Translations under genes and position numbers: made by a program
Notes under the pieces: generated by a model
What the model was told of the DNA's origin: nothing
What the model saw: only the letters and a program-made list of their open reading frames with translations
Database searches by the model: none
Source: an uncultured Microthrixaceae bacterium
GTDB lineage: Bacteria > Actinomycetota > Acidimicrobiia > Acidimicrobiales > DATDAH01
Direction: 5' to 3'
Length of the DNA: 64,000 nt
Assembly: GCA_963701565.1 (NCBI GenBank)
Contig: CAVPAN010000005.1
Coordinates: forward strand, 409,672 to 473,671
Part shown: one piece after another, positions 30,492 through 40,436 of the stretch
Numbering within the stretch: the stretch's first letter is position 1
How the letters are laid out: each line of letters opens with the position of its first letter

Positions 30492-31679
30492 GTGGGGCTG
30501 GGACCTGAACGGACGCCGGTGATCGCCGGGATTGCGCTGTCGGACTATCCCGTGGCCTCCGAGCTGGACGGGGTGCAGCACCACGTGCTGGCCATGCAGC
30601 GGGTCCTCGAGGACAGTGGCGTGACCAAGGCCGACATCGACGGGTACATGTCGGCGGGTGGCGGCGGGATCATGGTCGACGACGCCGTGACCATGTCCGA
30701 GTACCTCGGGATCGACCACCGCTGGGTCGACGGGACGATGACCGGCGGGTCCAGCTTCGAGTTCCACGTGCAGCACGCCGCCGCCGCCATCCGGGACGGC
30801 CGGGCGCACACGATCCTGGTCACCTACGGGTCCGACCAGCTCACCCGCATGGGTCGGACGCTGGGCACGGGCCAGCTGCGGCAGGGTGGCAGCCGGGCCG
30901 TGCCCGGCCCGTCGCAGTTCGAGGCGCCGTTCGGCAACTCCCTCGTCGGCGCCTACGCCATGGTCGCCCAGCGTCACATGCACGAGTTCGGGACGACCTC
31001 CGAGCAGCTGGCCGAGATCGCCGTCGGGGTCCGGGAGTACGCGCAGCTCAACCCGCTCGCGCGCTATCGGGACGACCTGACCGTCGAGGACGTCGTCAAC
31101 TCCCGGATGGTGGCCGACCCCCTGCACAAGCTCGACTGCTGTGTCATCACCGACGGCGGCGGGGCCGTCCTCATCACCACCGAGGAGCGGGCCCGGGACC
31201 TCAAGCAAACGCCCGTCTACGTGCTCGGGGCGGGCGGGGCGCAGTCCCACTGGAACATCTCGCAGTGCCCCGACTTCACGACCTCCGCCGGCGCTCGCAT
31301 CAGTGCCGACGTCTACGCCGAGGCCGGCCTGTCCCCGGCCGACGTCGACACGATCCAGTTCTACGACAGCTTCACCATCACGGTCGCCGTGCTGCTCGAG
31401 GACATGGGCTTCTGTGCCAAGGGCGAGGCCGGGGCCTTCGTGGAGGAGGGCCATCTCCGCCGGGGCGGGAAGCTGCCCCTGAACACCGACGGCGGCGGTC
31501 TGTCATCCAACCACCCCGGTATGCGGGGCATCTTCCTCCTGGTCGAGGCCGCCCGTCAGCTGCGGGGCCAGGGTGGCGAGGCCCAGGTGCCCGGAGCCGA
31601 GGTGGCTCTGGCCGCCGGCTCGGGCGGCTGGCTGTCGTGCATCGGCATGGTGCTCCTGGGCAAGGACCGACCGGCATGA
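30492..31679 (+). CDS. thiolase-like protein (SCP-x/lipid-transfer type)
   Basis: Start set at in-frame GTG 30492 (VGLGPERTPVIAGIAL), because the 5' part of ORF 30357.. overlaps the divergent gene. Contains NTDGGGLSSNHPGMRG. Followed by a DUF35 partner gene. Confidence 0.85.
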   Translation: MGLGPERTPVIAGIALSDYPVASELDGVQHHVLAMQRVLEDSGVTKADIDGYMSAGGGGIMVDDAVTMSEYLGIDHRWVDGTMTGGSSFEFHVQHAAAAIRDGRAHTILVTYGSDQLTRMGRTLGTGQLRQGGSRAVPGPSQFEAPFGNSLVGAYAMVAQRHMHEFGTTSEQLAEIAVGVREYAQLNPLARYRDDLTVEDVVNSRMVADPLHKLDCCVITDGGGAVLITTEERARDLKQTPVYVLGAGGAQSHWNISQCPDFTTSAGARISADVYAEAGLSPADVDTIQFYDSFTITVAVLLEDMGFCAKGEAGAFVEEGHLRRGGKLPLNTDGGGLSSNHPGMRGIFLLVEAARQLRGQGGEAQVPGAEVALAAGSGGWLSCIGMVLLGKDRPA

Positions 31680-31754
31680 GCGGGGCGCGGGCGGGTGCTG
31701 CGTGCCGAAAGCGGTCGCGGCGGCCCGGCGGCGTAGCCGCCAGGAGCGGGGAGC

Positions 31755-32174
31755 ATGACGGACCCGACCGACACCGGTGACTGGGTCAAGCCCATCCCCT
31801 TCGTGGATGCGGTGAGCAAGCCCTTCTGGGACGCCACCCTCGGAGGTCGGCTGACCTTCCAGGAGTGCGCCTGCGGCCACCGTCAGTTCTACCCCCGGGC
31901 CGCCTGCACGGCCTGTGGCCAGACGCCGGAGCTGGTCGACGCCGCCGGCACCGGCACCGTCCACACCTTCACGGTGATCCGCCAGTACGGCGGCCCCGGC
32001 TTCAAGGACGAGCTGCCCTACGTAGTGGCCATCATCGAGCTCGACGAGGGCCCCCGCATGATGGGCAACGTCACCGACGTCGACCCCGAGTCCGTCCGCA
32101 TCGGCGACAAGGTCCACGTCTGGTTCGCTGACGCCGGCGACCGTGCCCACATCCCGCTCTGGAAGCCTGCCTGA
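31755..32174 (+). CDS. Zn-ribbon/OB-fold protein (DUF35)
   Basis: 139 aa. CACGHRQFYPRAACTACG zinc ribbon, then an OB-fold (GTVHTFTVI...VVAIIELDEGPRMMGNV). Confidence 0.85.
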   Translation: MTDPTDTGDWVKPIPFVDAVSKPFWDATLGGRLTFQECACGHRQFYPRAACTACGQTPELVDAAGTGTVHTFTVIRQYGGPGFKDELPYVVAIIELDEGPRMMGNVTDVDPESVRIGDKVHVWFADAGDRAHIPLWKPA

Positions 32175-32177
32175 CCC

Positions 32178-32621
32178 GTGCCCGACCTCGCCACCTTCGC
32201 CGGGCTGGTCGAGCGGGACAGCCTGTGCGTGGTCACCTCCACCCGGCCCGACGGCACCACCCACGCCTCGGTGGTCAACGCCGGCGTGCTGGCCCACCCC
32301 GTCGAGGGGATCGACGTCGTCGCCTACGTCGCCCGGGGTGACACCCTGAAGGTGCACAACGTCCGGGCCCGACCGGCCACGACCGTGGTGGCCCGGGATG
32401 GCGTCGAGTGGGTGACGGTCGAGGGCCGGGCCGAGGTGATCGGCCCTGACGACCCACATCCGGCGGTGGATGCCGAGGGCCTACGCCTCCTCCTGCGAGA
32501 CGTGTTCACCGCCGCGGGCGGCACCCACGACGACTGGGAGGCCTACGACCGGACGGTGGCCGACGAACGCAGGGCGGCGGTCCTGGTCACCCCCCGCCGC
32601 ATCTACGGCGTCACCCGGTGA
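32178..32621 (+). CDS. PPOX-class (probable F420-dependent) pyridoxamine-phosphate-oxidase-fold protein
   Basis: 147 aa. Contains LCVVTSTRPDGTTHASVVNAG...RKVHNVRARP..VTVEGRAE. Confidence 0.8.
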   Translation: MPDLATFAGLVERDSLCVVTSTRPDGTTHASVVNAGVLAHPVEGIDVVAYVARGDTLKVHNVRARPATTVVARDGVEWVTVEGRAEVIGPDDPHPAVDAEGLRLLLRDVFTAAGGTHDDWEAYDRTVADERRAAVLVTPRRIYGVTR

Positions 32622-32717
32622 GGGGCTCGGCCCGGAGGTCGACACCGACGCACCGACCCGCCGCCCCGTCCTTGCCATCGGGGTCGTTCCCCCAGCCCGA
32701 CCAGCCGGCGTCTGTGG

Positions 32718-33383
32718 TCAGGCCTGGGGGCGGCTGACGCCGGGGTGGGCGGGGGCGATGAAGAGGCACTCGGCTTCGGCGAGCAGCTTGTCGCCGTCGT
32801 GGGCGGTGCCCCAGCAGAAGATCTTGCGCCCCTCGGTGCGGTCGACGCCCGCGGCGTAGTCGATGCGGCGGTAGAGCGGCGTGGGCTTGATCATCTTGAC
32901 GGTCAGGGTCCCGGTGAAGCCGGCGATGCCGGAGGCCATCTGGGCGCAGCCGAGCAGGTCGTCGAAGGCGGCGGCGACGAACCCGCCGTGCAGGCAGTCC
33001 TGCGGACCCTCGTAGGCCGCGCCCCAGGTCGCGTGGCCCCGGGTCACGTCACCGTCCAGCAAGAACTCCATCGGTGGGGCCAGGGGGTTGCTCCGACCGC
33101 TGATGCCGGAGCGCTCGGTGAGGATGCAGTCGTCGCCCCCTGATGCCGAGAGGCCACCCCGAGCCCGCACGGACGGCGGGCGGTCCAGGACCTCGGCCAG
33201 GTGGGCCGTGGCCTCGATGAGCTCGGCGAAGGTCTCATCACCCACCCGGTCGGTGTCGAGCAGGGCCACCCGCTCGACGACCTTCTTGGCCTCCTCGACC
33301 AGCATGTGCTTCTGGGCCCGAGCCCCGCGGGCGTTGGAGGTGTTCGTGAGCCAGAGCTCACGGGCGTCGTCGGGAAGTCCCAT
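32718..33383 (-). CDS. PaaI-family hotdog thioesterase
   Basis: 221 aa. CLHGGFVAAAFDDLLG core motif with an N-terminal helical extension. Confidence 0.8.
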   Translation of the reverse strand: MGLPDDARELWLTNTSNARGARAQKHMLVEEAKKVVERVALLDTDRVGDETFAELIEATAHLAEVLDRPPSVRARGGLSASGGDDCILTERSGISGRSNPLAPPMEFLLDGDVTRGHATWGAAYEGPQDCLHGGFVAAAFDDLLGCAQMASGIAGFTGTLTVKMIKPTPLYRRIDYAAGVDRTEGRKIFCWGTAHDGDKLLAEAECLFIAPAHPGVSRPQA

Positions 33384-33413
33384 GGGCGCACGGTAATGGC
33401 CGGCCGGAGCGCA

Positions 33414-33443
33414 CCATTCCTCTGACTAGAGTCAGAGGAATGG
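33414..33443. promoter_or_regulatory. perfect 14-bp inverted repeat (MarR-type operator)
   Basis: CCATTCCTCTGACT ag AGTCAGAGGAATGG. It spans a TAGAGT hexamer (33427-33432) and the ATG (33440) of the MarR-GNAT gene, and lies 31 bp from the divergent thioesterase start. Confidence 0.6.
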
Positions 33444-34324
33444 ACGAGGCGGCCGTGCGGCAGGTCCGACGCTTCAACCGGACCGTCACCCAGCGCATCG
33501 GGGTGCTGGACGACGAGTACCTGGCCCGGGGCCGCCCGCTCGCGGCATCCCGGATCCTCTGGGAGGTCGGGACCGAGGGTGTGGATGTCCGCTCGCTGCG
33601 GGCCCGGCTCGGCCTGGACTCGGGCTACCTCAGCCGCCTGCTCCGCTCGCTCGAGAAGGAAGGCCTCGTCACCGTCACCCCCGACGCGGTCGATGGCCGG
33701 GTGCGCCTGGTGCGCCATACCGACGCCGGCCGGGCCGAGTTCCTCGTCATGGAGCGCCTGAGCGACGGCCTGGCCTGGTCGATGCTCGACCCTCTCGGCG
33801 CCGATGACCGCCAGGCCCTCGTCGACGCCATGGCCACCGTCGACCGCCTGCTCCGGCTCGGCCAAGTGGCCATCGCCCCTGAGGACCCCCACAGCGCCGA
33901 CGCCGACGCCTGCTTGCGTTCCTACTTCACCGAGATCGACGAGCGCTTCGAGTCGGGCTTCGACTTCGATGCCGCCGAGCCTTTCGCCGTCGACGACATG
34001 GTCGAGCCCGAGGGTGTCTTGCTCCTGGCCCGCATGGGCGAGCGGCCCGTCGCCTGCGGCGCCCTGCACTTCTTCCCCGATGCCGTGGCCGACGTGAAGC
34101 GCATGTGGGTGGACCCCGCGGCCCGGGGCCTCGGCCTGGGTCGTCGCATGCTGGTCGAGCTGGAGGCACTGGCCCGCACGCGGCACGTCACCCAACTCCG
34201 GCTGGAGACGAACCGCTCCCTCGTCGAGGCGGTCGGGCTCTACCGGGCGCTGGGCTACGAGGAGGTCGACCCCTTCAACGACGAGATCCACGCCCACCAC
34301 TGGTTCGCCAAGCCCCTCCTCTAG
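33440..34324 (+). CDS. MarR-family HTH fused to GNAT N-acetyltransferase
   Basis: 294 aa. N-terminal winged helix (VRRFNRTVTQRIG...LGLDSGYLSRLLRSLEKEGLV). C-terminal GNAT (KRMWVDPAARGLGLGRRML). Confidence 0.85.
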   Translation: MDEAAVRQVRRFNRTVTQRIGVLDDEYLARGRPLAASRILWEVGTEGVDVRSLRARLGLDSGYLSRLLRSLEKEGLVTVTPDAVDGRVRLVRHTDAGRAEFLVMERLSDGLAWSMLDPLGADDRQALVDAMATVDRLLRLGQVAIAPEDPHSADADACLRSYFTEIDERFESGFDFDAAEPFAVDDMVEPEGVLLLARMGERPVACGALHFFPDAVADVKRMWVDPAARGLGLGRRMLVELEALARTRHVTQLRLETNRSLVEAVGLYRALGYEEVDPFNDEIHAHHWFAKPLL

Positions 34325-34368
34325 CCGGGCGGGGTGACGCCGCCGGCGTGGACGTGGTCGAATGGGTG

Positions 34369-35719
34369 ATGCCTCCCGCTGCCGTCGCCCTCCGTGCGGC
34401 GGTGGACGGGACCCTGGAGGCCCGGGTCGACGACCGCTTCGGGCGCCCGGCGATGGTCGTCCGCTCGATCAGCGACCGTCGGGCCGGCGCGCTCGGGCTC
34501 CCCTGACGGCGACACGATCGCCCTTGCGGCCCGCACCGCGCGCCAGGCGGGCATGCCGATCGTGCTCATCCTCGCCTCGGGCGGGGCCGACGTGCACGAG
34601 GGCGTCGAGGCCCTCGTCGGCTGGGGTCGGGCGGCCAAGGAGCTGGTGGCCGGCTCGGGGATCATCCCGATCCTCGCCGCCGTCACGGGCCCGGCCGTAT
34701 CCGGGCCGGCGCTGCTGCTCGGCCTGGCCGACCTCGTGGTCATGACCGCCTCGTCATACGCCTACGTGTCCGGGCCCCGCATGGTCCGCCAGATGACTGG
34801 AGCCCACGTCACCTCGGAGGCGCTCGGCGGGGTTGCCGCCCAGCAACGTTCGACGGGTGTGGCGGCCCGGGTGGTGGCGACCGATGACGACGTCGAGGGC
34901 GCCCTCGCCGACCTCCTGGCCCACCTGCCCGACAGCGTCGACCACGAGCCGCCCCGCTGGCCCACCGTCGACCCCGTCGACCGTCCGACCCCTGAGGCCG
35001 GCGACGTGCTGCCCGCCGAGACCGCCGCGGGATACGACGTGCGGGAGGTCGTGCGCTCGGTGGTCGACGACGGCGAGTTCCTCGAGATCCGGGAGCTGTG
35101 GGCGCCCAACCTGGTGACCGGCTTCGCCACTGTCGACGGCCGGTCCGTCGGCATCGTGGCCAACCAGCCCCAGCAGTTGGCCGGGACGCTCGACATCAAC
35201 TGCTCGCACAAGGGCGCCCGCTTCGTGCAGTTCTGCGATGCCTTCAACCTGCCGCTGGTCACCTTGGTCGACACGTCGGGCTTCTACCCGGGCAAGGACA
35301 TGGAGTGGCGGGGCATGATCCGCCATGGCGCCCAGTTGGCCTTCGCCTACGCGCGGGCCACCGTGCCCCGGGTGGGCCTGACCCTGCGCAAGTCCTACGG
35401 CGGGGCCTACATCGTCATGGACTCCAAGACCATGGGCTGTGACCTGCACCTGGCCTGGCCGACGGCCGAGATCGCGGTGATGGGCGCCGAGGGGGCGGTC
35501 AGCATCCTGCACCGCCGGGTTGACCCTGAGGACCGCCTCGACCTGGTCGCCGCCTACGAGGAGCAGTACCTCAACCCCTGGATCGCTGCGGAGCGGGGCT
35601 ACATCGACGCCGTCATCGACCCCGCCGACACGAGACGGGAACTGGCGGCCGCCCTCGAGGTCCTGAGCACCAAGCGTGAGCGCATCGCCCCGAGACGCCA
35701 CGACAACCTCCCGCTCTGA
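34369..35719 (+). pseudogene. acyl-CoA carboxylase carboxyltransferase (beta) subunit, short form, one N-terminal frameshift
   Basis: MPPAAVALRAAVDGTLEARVDDRFGRPAMVVRSISDRRAGALG (frame of ORF 34105..34506) joins PDGDTIALAARTARQAGMPIVLILASGGADV... (ORF 34394..35719) near 34500. Also contains GIVANQPQQLAGTLDINCSHKGARFVQFCDAFNLPLVTLVDTSGF. Confidence 0.8.
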
Positions 35720-35767
35720 TCTGGCGCCAGACGGGGTGGTCGGACCGTTGGGCCCTGGTGGGGGAGG

Positions 35768-37129
35768 GTGGCCTGGCGGGAGAATCGGGGGGTGAAGGAG
35801 CGGGTGCCGATCGAGCGGGCCAGCGCGAACGACCTGATGGAGCGGGCGACCGATGCCGGACCGGCGCCGATGCAGGTGGGGGCCGTCCTGGCGCTGGGGC
35901 CGAGCGGCCAGCTGACATCGGCGGCGGTGACCGATGCGGTCGACCGCCGGAGCCGGGCGATCCCACGCCTGCGTCAGGTGCTGGTCGACGCGCCCTTCGG
36001 GTGTGGGCGGGCGTACTGGGCCGATGACGAGGACTTCGCCATCGAGCACCACGTACGGACGGTCGCCTGCCCCGCGCCGGGTGACGAGGCGGCACTGCTG
36101 GCGCTGGCTTCCGACCTCCTGATCGTGCGGTTGCCCACGGACCGACCGCTGTGGTCGGTGACCCTCGTGACCGGGCTGGTCGAGGGTGAGTCGGCGCTGG
36201 TCACGGTCTTCCACCACGTACTGGCCGACGGGATCGGTGGGCTGGCCGTGCTCGCCGGCCTGGTCGACGGCGCCGCCGAGGACCTCCCCGTCCCGGCGCC
36301 GTCACCCCCGCCCTGCTGGACCCGGCTCCTGGTCGACGCCACCCGGACCCGTCTGCACGCGGTGACCCGGCTACCCACCGGCGTCCGCCGGGTCCGGGCG
36401 GCCCTCGCCGAGTTCCGCCGGGCCGACACGCCGAAGGCGGCCCGCACCTCGCTCAACCGACCCACCGGGCCGCGGCGGGCCCTGGCCACTGCCCGGGTCG
36501 ACCTCGCCCCCGTGCTCGACCTCGCCCACCAGCACGGCGCCACTGTCAACGACGTGCTCTTGACCGCCGTCGCCGGTGCGCTCCGGGCCACGTTGGTCCG
36601 TCGGGGGGAAGCGGAGGTGCCCGAGTTCGTCATCTCGGTGCCCGTGTCGGGCCGGCGGGCCACCGGCGCCACCGAGCTCGGCAACGACGTGAGCGTCCGC
36701 CCGGTCGCCGTGCCCGCCCTGGGCGACCCGCTCGACCGCCTCGAGGAGACGGCCCGCCGTCGCCCACCCCGGGACGAGCCGGCGGTGGACACCGCGGTCC
36801 TCATGGACCCGGCCCTGCGCCTCCTGGCCGCCCTGCGCCTCCTGCACTGGCTCACCGACCACCAGCGCCTGGTGAACGGCTTCGTGTCCAACCTCCGCGG
36901 CCCCGGGGAGCGACTGGCCTTCCTCGGCGCCGAGGTCCGCGAGGTCATCCCCGTCTCCGGCACCGCCGGCAACGTCACGGTCGCCTTCGCCGCCCTCTCC
37001 TACGCCGGCACGCTGGTTGTAACCCTGATCGGCGACCCCGACGCCTGCCCCGACCTGACCCAGCTGCGGGACGATCTCCAAGGCGAACTGGACCTCCTGG
37101 TCGCGTCGACGGGCGCGAGGTCGGGCTGA
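35768..37129 (+). CDS. wax ester synthase/diacylglycerol acyltransferase (WS/DGAT)
   Basis: 453 aa. Active-site motif HHVLADGIG. The start is uncertain; there is an alternative GTG about 30-40 nt downstream, after AAGGAG. Confidence 0.85.
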   Translation: MAWRENRGVKERVPIERASANDLMERATDAGPAPMQVGAVLALGPSGQLTSAAVTDAVDRRSRAIPRLRQVLVDAPFGCGRAYWADDEDFAIEHHVRTVACPAPGDEAALLALASDLLIVRLPTDRPLWSVTLVTGLVEGESALVTVFHHVLADGIGGLAVLAGLVDGAAEDLPVPAPSPPPCWTRLLVDATRTRLHAVTRLPTGVRRVRAALAEFRRADTPKAARTSLNRPTGPRRALATARVDLAPVLDLAHQHGATVNDVLLTAVAGALRATLVRRGEAEVPEFVISVPVSGRRATGATELGNDVSVRPVAVPALGDPLDRLEETARRRPPRDEPAVDTAVLMDPALRLLAALRLLHWLTDHQRLVNGFVSNLRGPGERLAFLGAEVREVIPVSGTAGNVTVAFAALSYAGTLVVTLIGDPDACPDLTQLRDDLQGELDLLVASTGARSG

Positions 37130-37194
37130 GGTCCCACGGCGGGAGGTGACCTTCGACCCTGACGGCGCCGCGTGCCGAGTGGTCCGATGGTGGC

Positions 37195-38154
37195 GTGGAG
37201 GCGCGATCGCAGGGGACTGACCCGCGGGGCGCTCGGCCGACAGGGTGGTCGCCGTGGGATCCGCTCCGGGCCCGCGTGGAACAGGGGTTGGTCGCCGATT
37301 TCGACCAGCGGGACCCGGCCTACCTCGAACGGATCCAACCGGTGATCGGGGCCGTCCTGCGCTGGTTCGACCCCGAGGTCCAACACTTCGATCGGCTGCC
37401 CGCCGAGGGACCGTTCCTCGTCGTCGGCAACCACTCGGGTGGCATCTACATGCCCGACTTCTGGGCCTTCCTGCACCGCTGGGTGGAGGAGCGGGGGCCG
37501 GAGACGCCCCTCTACAGCCTGGCCTTCGACTTCCTGTTCACCCTGCCCGGGGCCGCCACGCTGGCCCGGAAGATCGGGGCGGTGCCCGCCAGCCCTGAGA
37601 ACGGCGCCCGCCTGCTCGAGCGAGGCGACGCCGTGGTCGTCTACCCCGGGGGCGACGCCGACGACTATCGGCCGTGGACGGAGCGTCACCGGATCGACCT
37701 ACGCGGCCGCACGGGGTTCGTGCGGCTGGCCCTGCGCCATGGCGTCCCCGTGGTCCCCCTGGTGGCGCATGGCAGCCACGACGTGATCATCGTGCTGGCG
37801 CGGGGGGATACGGTCGCCAAGCGCCTGGGCCTCGACCAGTTGCGCATCAACGTCTTGCCGGTGGTGCTGGGCCCGCCGTGGGGGATCGCGCCGGTCGAAC
37901 TCCCGACGCTCCCGCTGCCGGCCAAGGTGACGGCGCGGGTGTGTGAGCCGATCGACTGGTCCCGGTTCGGGCCCGAGGCCGCCGACGACCCCGAGGTGGT
38001 GCGCCACTGCTACGAAGAGGCGCTCGGCCGCATGCAGGCCGACCTCGACGACCTGGTCGAGGGACTGCCTCACCCCGTGTTGACCCGGGTGGGCACGGCC
38101 ATGGGCCTGGACCGCCTTCGCGGGTTCTGGCCTTCGGATCGCCGAGGCGGGTGA
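37195..38154 (+). CDS. lysophospholipid acyltransferase family protein
   Basis: 319 aa. Contains VVGNHSGGIYMPD (H-x4-D-like) and VVYPGGD. Adjacent to WS/DGAT. Confidence 0.7.
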   Translation: MEARSQGTDPRGARPTGWSPWDPLRARVEQGLVADFDQRDPAYLERIQPVIGAVLRWFDPEVQHFDRLPAEGPFLVVGNHSGGIYMPDFWAFLHRWVEERGPETPLYSLAFDFLFTLPGAATLARKIGAVPASPENGARLLERGDAVVVYPGGDADDYRPWTERHRIDLRGRTGFVRLALRHGVPVVPLVAHGSHDVIIVLARGDTVAKRLGLDQLRINVLPVVLGPPWGIAPVELPTLPLPAKVTARVCEPIDWSRFGPEAADDPEVVRHCYEEALGRMQADLDDLVEGLPHPVLTRVGTAMGLDRLRGFWPSDRRGG

Positions 38155-38163
38155 AGTGAGGGG

Positions 38164-39096
38164 CTACGGCTCGAGGGTGACCTTGATGGCGCCCGCGGAC
38201 CGGTCCGCCGCCACGCGGAAGGCTTCGGCGGCGTCGTCCAACGGGAAGCGGTGGGTGATCATCGCCGGCGCCAGTTCGGGGACGGCCGCCAACAGGGTTG
38301 CCGCCGCCTCCACCTCACGGCTGTCGCCATGGTGGCCGTAGGCGAGGCAGGCGACGATGTCGAGTTCCTTGGTGGTGATGGGCAGGCCCGGCGCGACCAG
38401 GTCCTCCCAGTGGGTGCCGAGCAGGGCGATGGTGCCCCGCACCCGGACCCGCTTCGCCGCCTCGGCGAGCGCGGAGGAGGTGCCGGCCGCCTCGATGACC
38501 ACGTCGTAGCGGCCCTCGGCGGGGCGGCCGCCCACGGCCTCGGCCGCCGCGCGCTGATGGGGGTGGCGGGCGACGAAGCCGGTCTCACAGCCGGCGTCGA
38601 CGGCGGCGGCCACGGCGGCGATGCCCAGCGTCCCGCCGCCGACCACGGCCACCCTCTGGCCGGGCTCGACCCTTGCCCGGTGCAGGGCGTGCACGGCGCA
38701 GGCCACGGGCTCCACCAATGACGCATCCCCGACGGCCAGGCCGTCGGGCAGCGGGACCACGCACTCGGGCGGCACCACCAACTCGTCGGCCATGCCGCCG
38801 TCGATGCCGATGCCGATGGACTGCGCCTCCCGGCACAGGTGGGTATCGCCGTCGAGGCAGCGGTCGCAGGTCCCGCAGCGGTGGACGGGCTCGAGGGCCA
38901 CGGGTGTGCCGTCGTCCAGCCACCCGGCGATCTCGTGGCCGAGGATGACGGGCATCGGCCCCCACCCGAGCAGGTGCAGGTCCGAGCCGCAGATCCCCGT
39001 CGCGGCCACCCGCACCCGTACCTGGTCGCCCGTCGGCTCCGGCGCGGGCACGTCCAGGACCTTGATCCCGTCCTCGGTGTTCCGCACGCCCCTCAT
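38164..39096 (-). CDS. zinc-binding alcohol dehydrogenase (MDR family)
   Basis: Internal ATG at 39096 (MRGVRNTEDG). Contains GICGSDLH, GHEIAG, CGTCDRCLDGDTHLC and VVGGGTLG. Confidence 0.88.
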   Translation of the reverse strand: MRGVRNTEDGIKVLDVPAPEPTGDQVRVRVAATGICGSDLHLLGWGPMPVILGHEIAGWLDDGTPVALEPVHRCGTCDRCLDGDTHLCREAQSIGIGIDGGMADELVVPPECVVPLPDGLAVGDASLVEPVACAVHALHRARVEPGQRVAVVGGGTLGIAAVAAAVDAGCETGFVARHPHQRAAAEAVGGRPAEGRYDVVIEAAGTSSALAEAAKRVRVRGTIALLGTHWEDLVAPGLPITTKELDIVACLAYGHHGDSREVEAAATLLAAVPELAPAMITHRFPLDDAAEAFRVAADRSAGAIKVTLEP

Positions 39097-39226
39097 CGGA
39101 CCCCGCTCATCGTCGTTCTGGCCGTTGAGCCGTGCGGTCGTCCATCCACCCGACGTCGGACCGCGTCCCTCCCACAATGGCGACGCGACTAGGTGCGGGC
39201 ACGGCCGGCGATGGTAATGAAGGGCG

Positions 39227-40417
39227 GTGGACCTCCGGTTCAGCGACGAGGACGAGGCGTTCCGGGCCGAAGCCCGGGACTTCCTCGAGACCCATCTGAC
39301 GGCCGACTTCGCCGCGCTCCGGGGCCTGGGTGGGCCGGGCAAGGAGCATCAGGACTTCGACGGCCGCCTCGAGTGGGAGAAGCTCCTCGGCCGCGAGGGC
39401 TGGAGCGTCGTGGGCTGGCCCGAGGAGCACGGCGGCAAGGGCCTACCCGTCACCCAGCAGGTCATCTGGCACCAGGAGTACGCCCGGTCCCGGGCTCCCG
39501 GCCGGGTGGGCATCGTAGGGGAGGGGCTGCTCGGCCCGACCCTCATCGCCTTTGGCACCGAGGCACAGAAGGTCCGCTTCCTGCCCGGCATCGTCTCGGG
39601 TGAGACCCTCTGGTGCCAAGGCTATTCCGAGCCCAATGCCGGCTCCGACCTGGCCAACGTCGAGACCAAGGCCCACCTCGACGGGGATGAATGGGTCATC
39701 AGTGGCCAGAAGGTGTGGACCTCGCTCGCCGCGTGGGCCCAGTGGATGTTCGTGGTCTGCCGGACCGACCCCGACGCCGACCCCAAGCACCGCGGCATCT
39801 CCTACCTGCTCTGCCCCATGGACCAGCCCGCGATCGAGCTCCGCCCCATCGTCCAGGTCACCGGCACCTCGGAGTTCAACGAGGTCTTCCTCGACGAGGC
39901 CCGTACCGACGCCGACCTCGTCGTGGGCGAGGTCGACGGCGGCTGGCGGGTGGCCATGGGCACCCTCGGTTTCGAGCGGGGCGTGCTCACCCTCGGCCAG
40001 CAGATGGCCTTCAGCCAGGAGTTCGACCTGCTGCTGGAGACCGCTCGCCGCAACGGCAAGGCGGATGAGCCCGGGTTCCGCCAGCGCCTGGCCGACGCCT
40101 GGATCGGCCTCGAGCTCATGCGGCTGACCGCCCTGCGCACCGTCTCGGGCGAGCCGGGCCCGGAGACGTCGATCAACAAGCTCTACTGGGCCACGTTCCA
40201 CCGGGGCCTGGGCGAGCTGGCCATGGACGTGCTCGGCGCCGAGGGCACCGTGCTGACCCCCGAAGCCGCCATGGCGGGAGGCGAGGCCTACCGACTCTCC
40301 GAGCTGCAGGGCCTGTTCCTGTTCAGCCGGGCCGACACCATCTACGGCGGCTCGAACCAGATCCAACGCAACGTGCTGGGGGAGCAGGTCCTCGGCCTGC
40401 CGAGAGAGCCACGATGA
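39227..40417 (+). CDS. acyl-CoA dehydrogenase
   Basis: 396 aa, GTG start. Contains WCQGYSEPNAGSDLANV and C-terminal IYGGSNQIQRNVLGE. Confidence 0.92.
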   Translation: MDLRFSDEDEAFRAEARDFLETHLTADFAALRGLGGPGKEHQDFDGRLEWEKLLGREGWSVVGWPEEHGGKGLPVTQQVIWHQEYARSRAPGRVGIVGEGLLGPTLIAFGTEAQKVRFLPGIVSGETLWCQGYSEPNAGSDLANVETKAHLDGDEWVISGQKVWTSLAAWAQWMFVVCRTDPDADPKHRGISYLLCPMDQPAIELRPIVQVTGTSEFNEVFLDEARTDADLVVGEVDGGWRVAMGTLGFERGVLTLGQQMAFSQEFDLLLETARRNGKADEPGFRQRLADAWIGLELMRLTALRTVSGEPGPETSINKLYWATFHRGLGELAMDVLGAEGTVLTPEAAMAGGEAYRLSELQGLFLFSRADTIYGGSNQIQRNVLGEQVLGLPREPR

Positions 40418-40436
40418 GCACGGAGGCCAGCCGACC

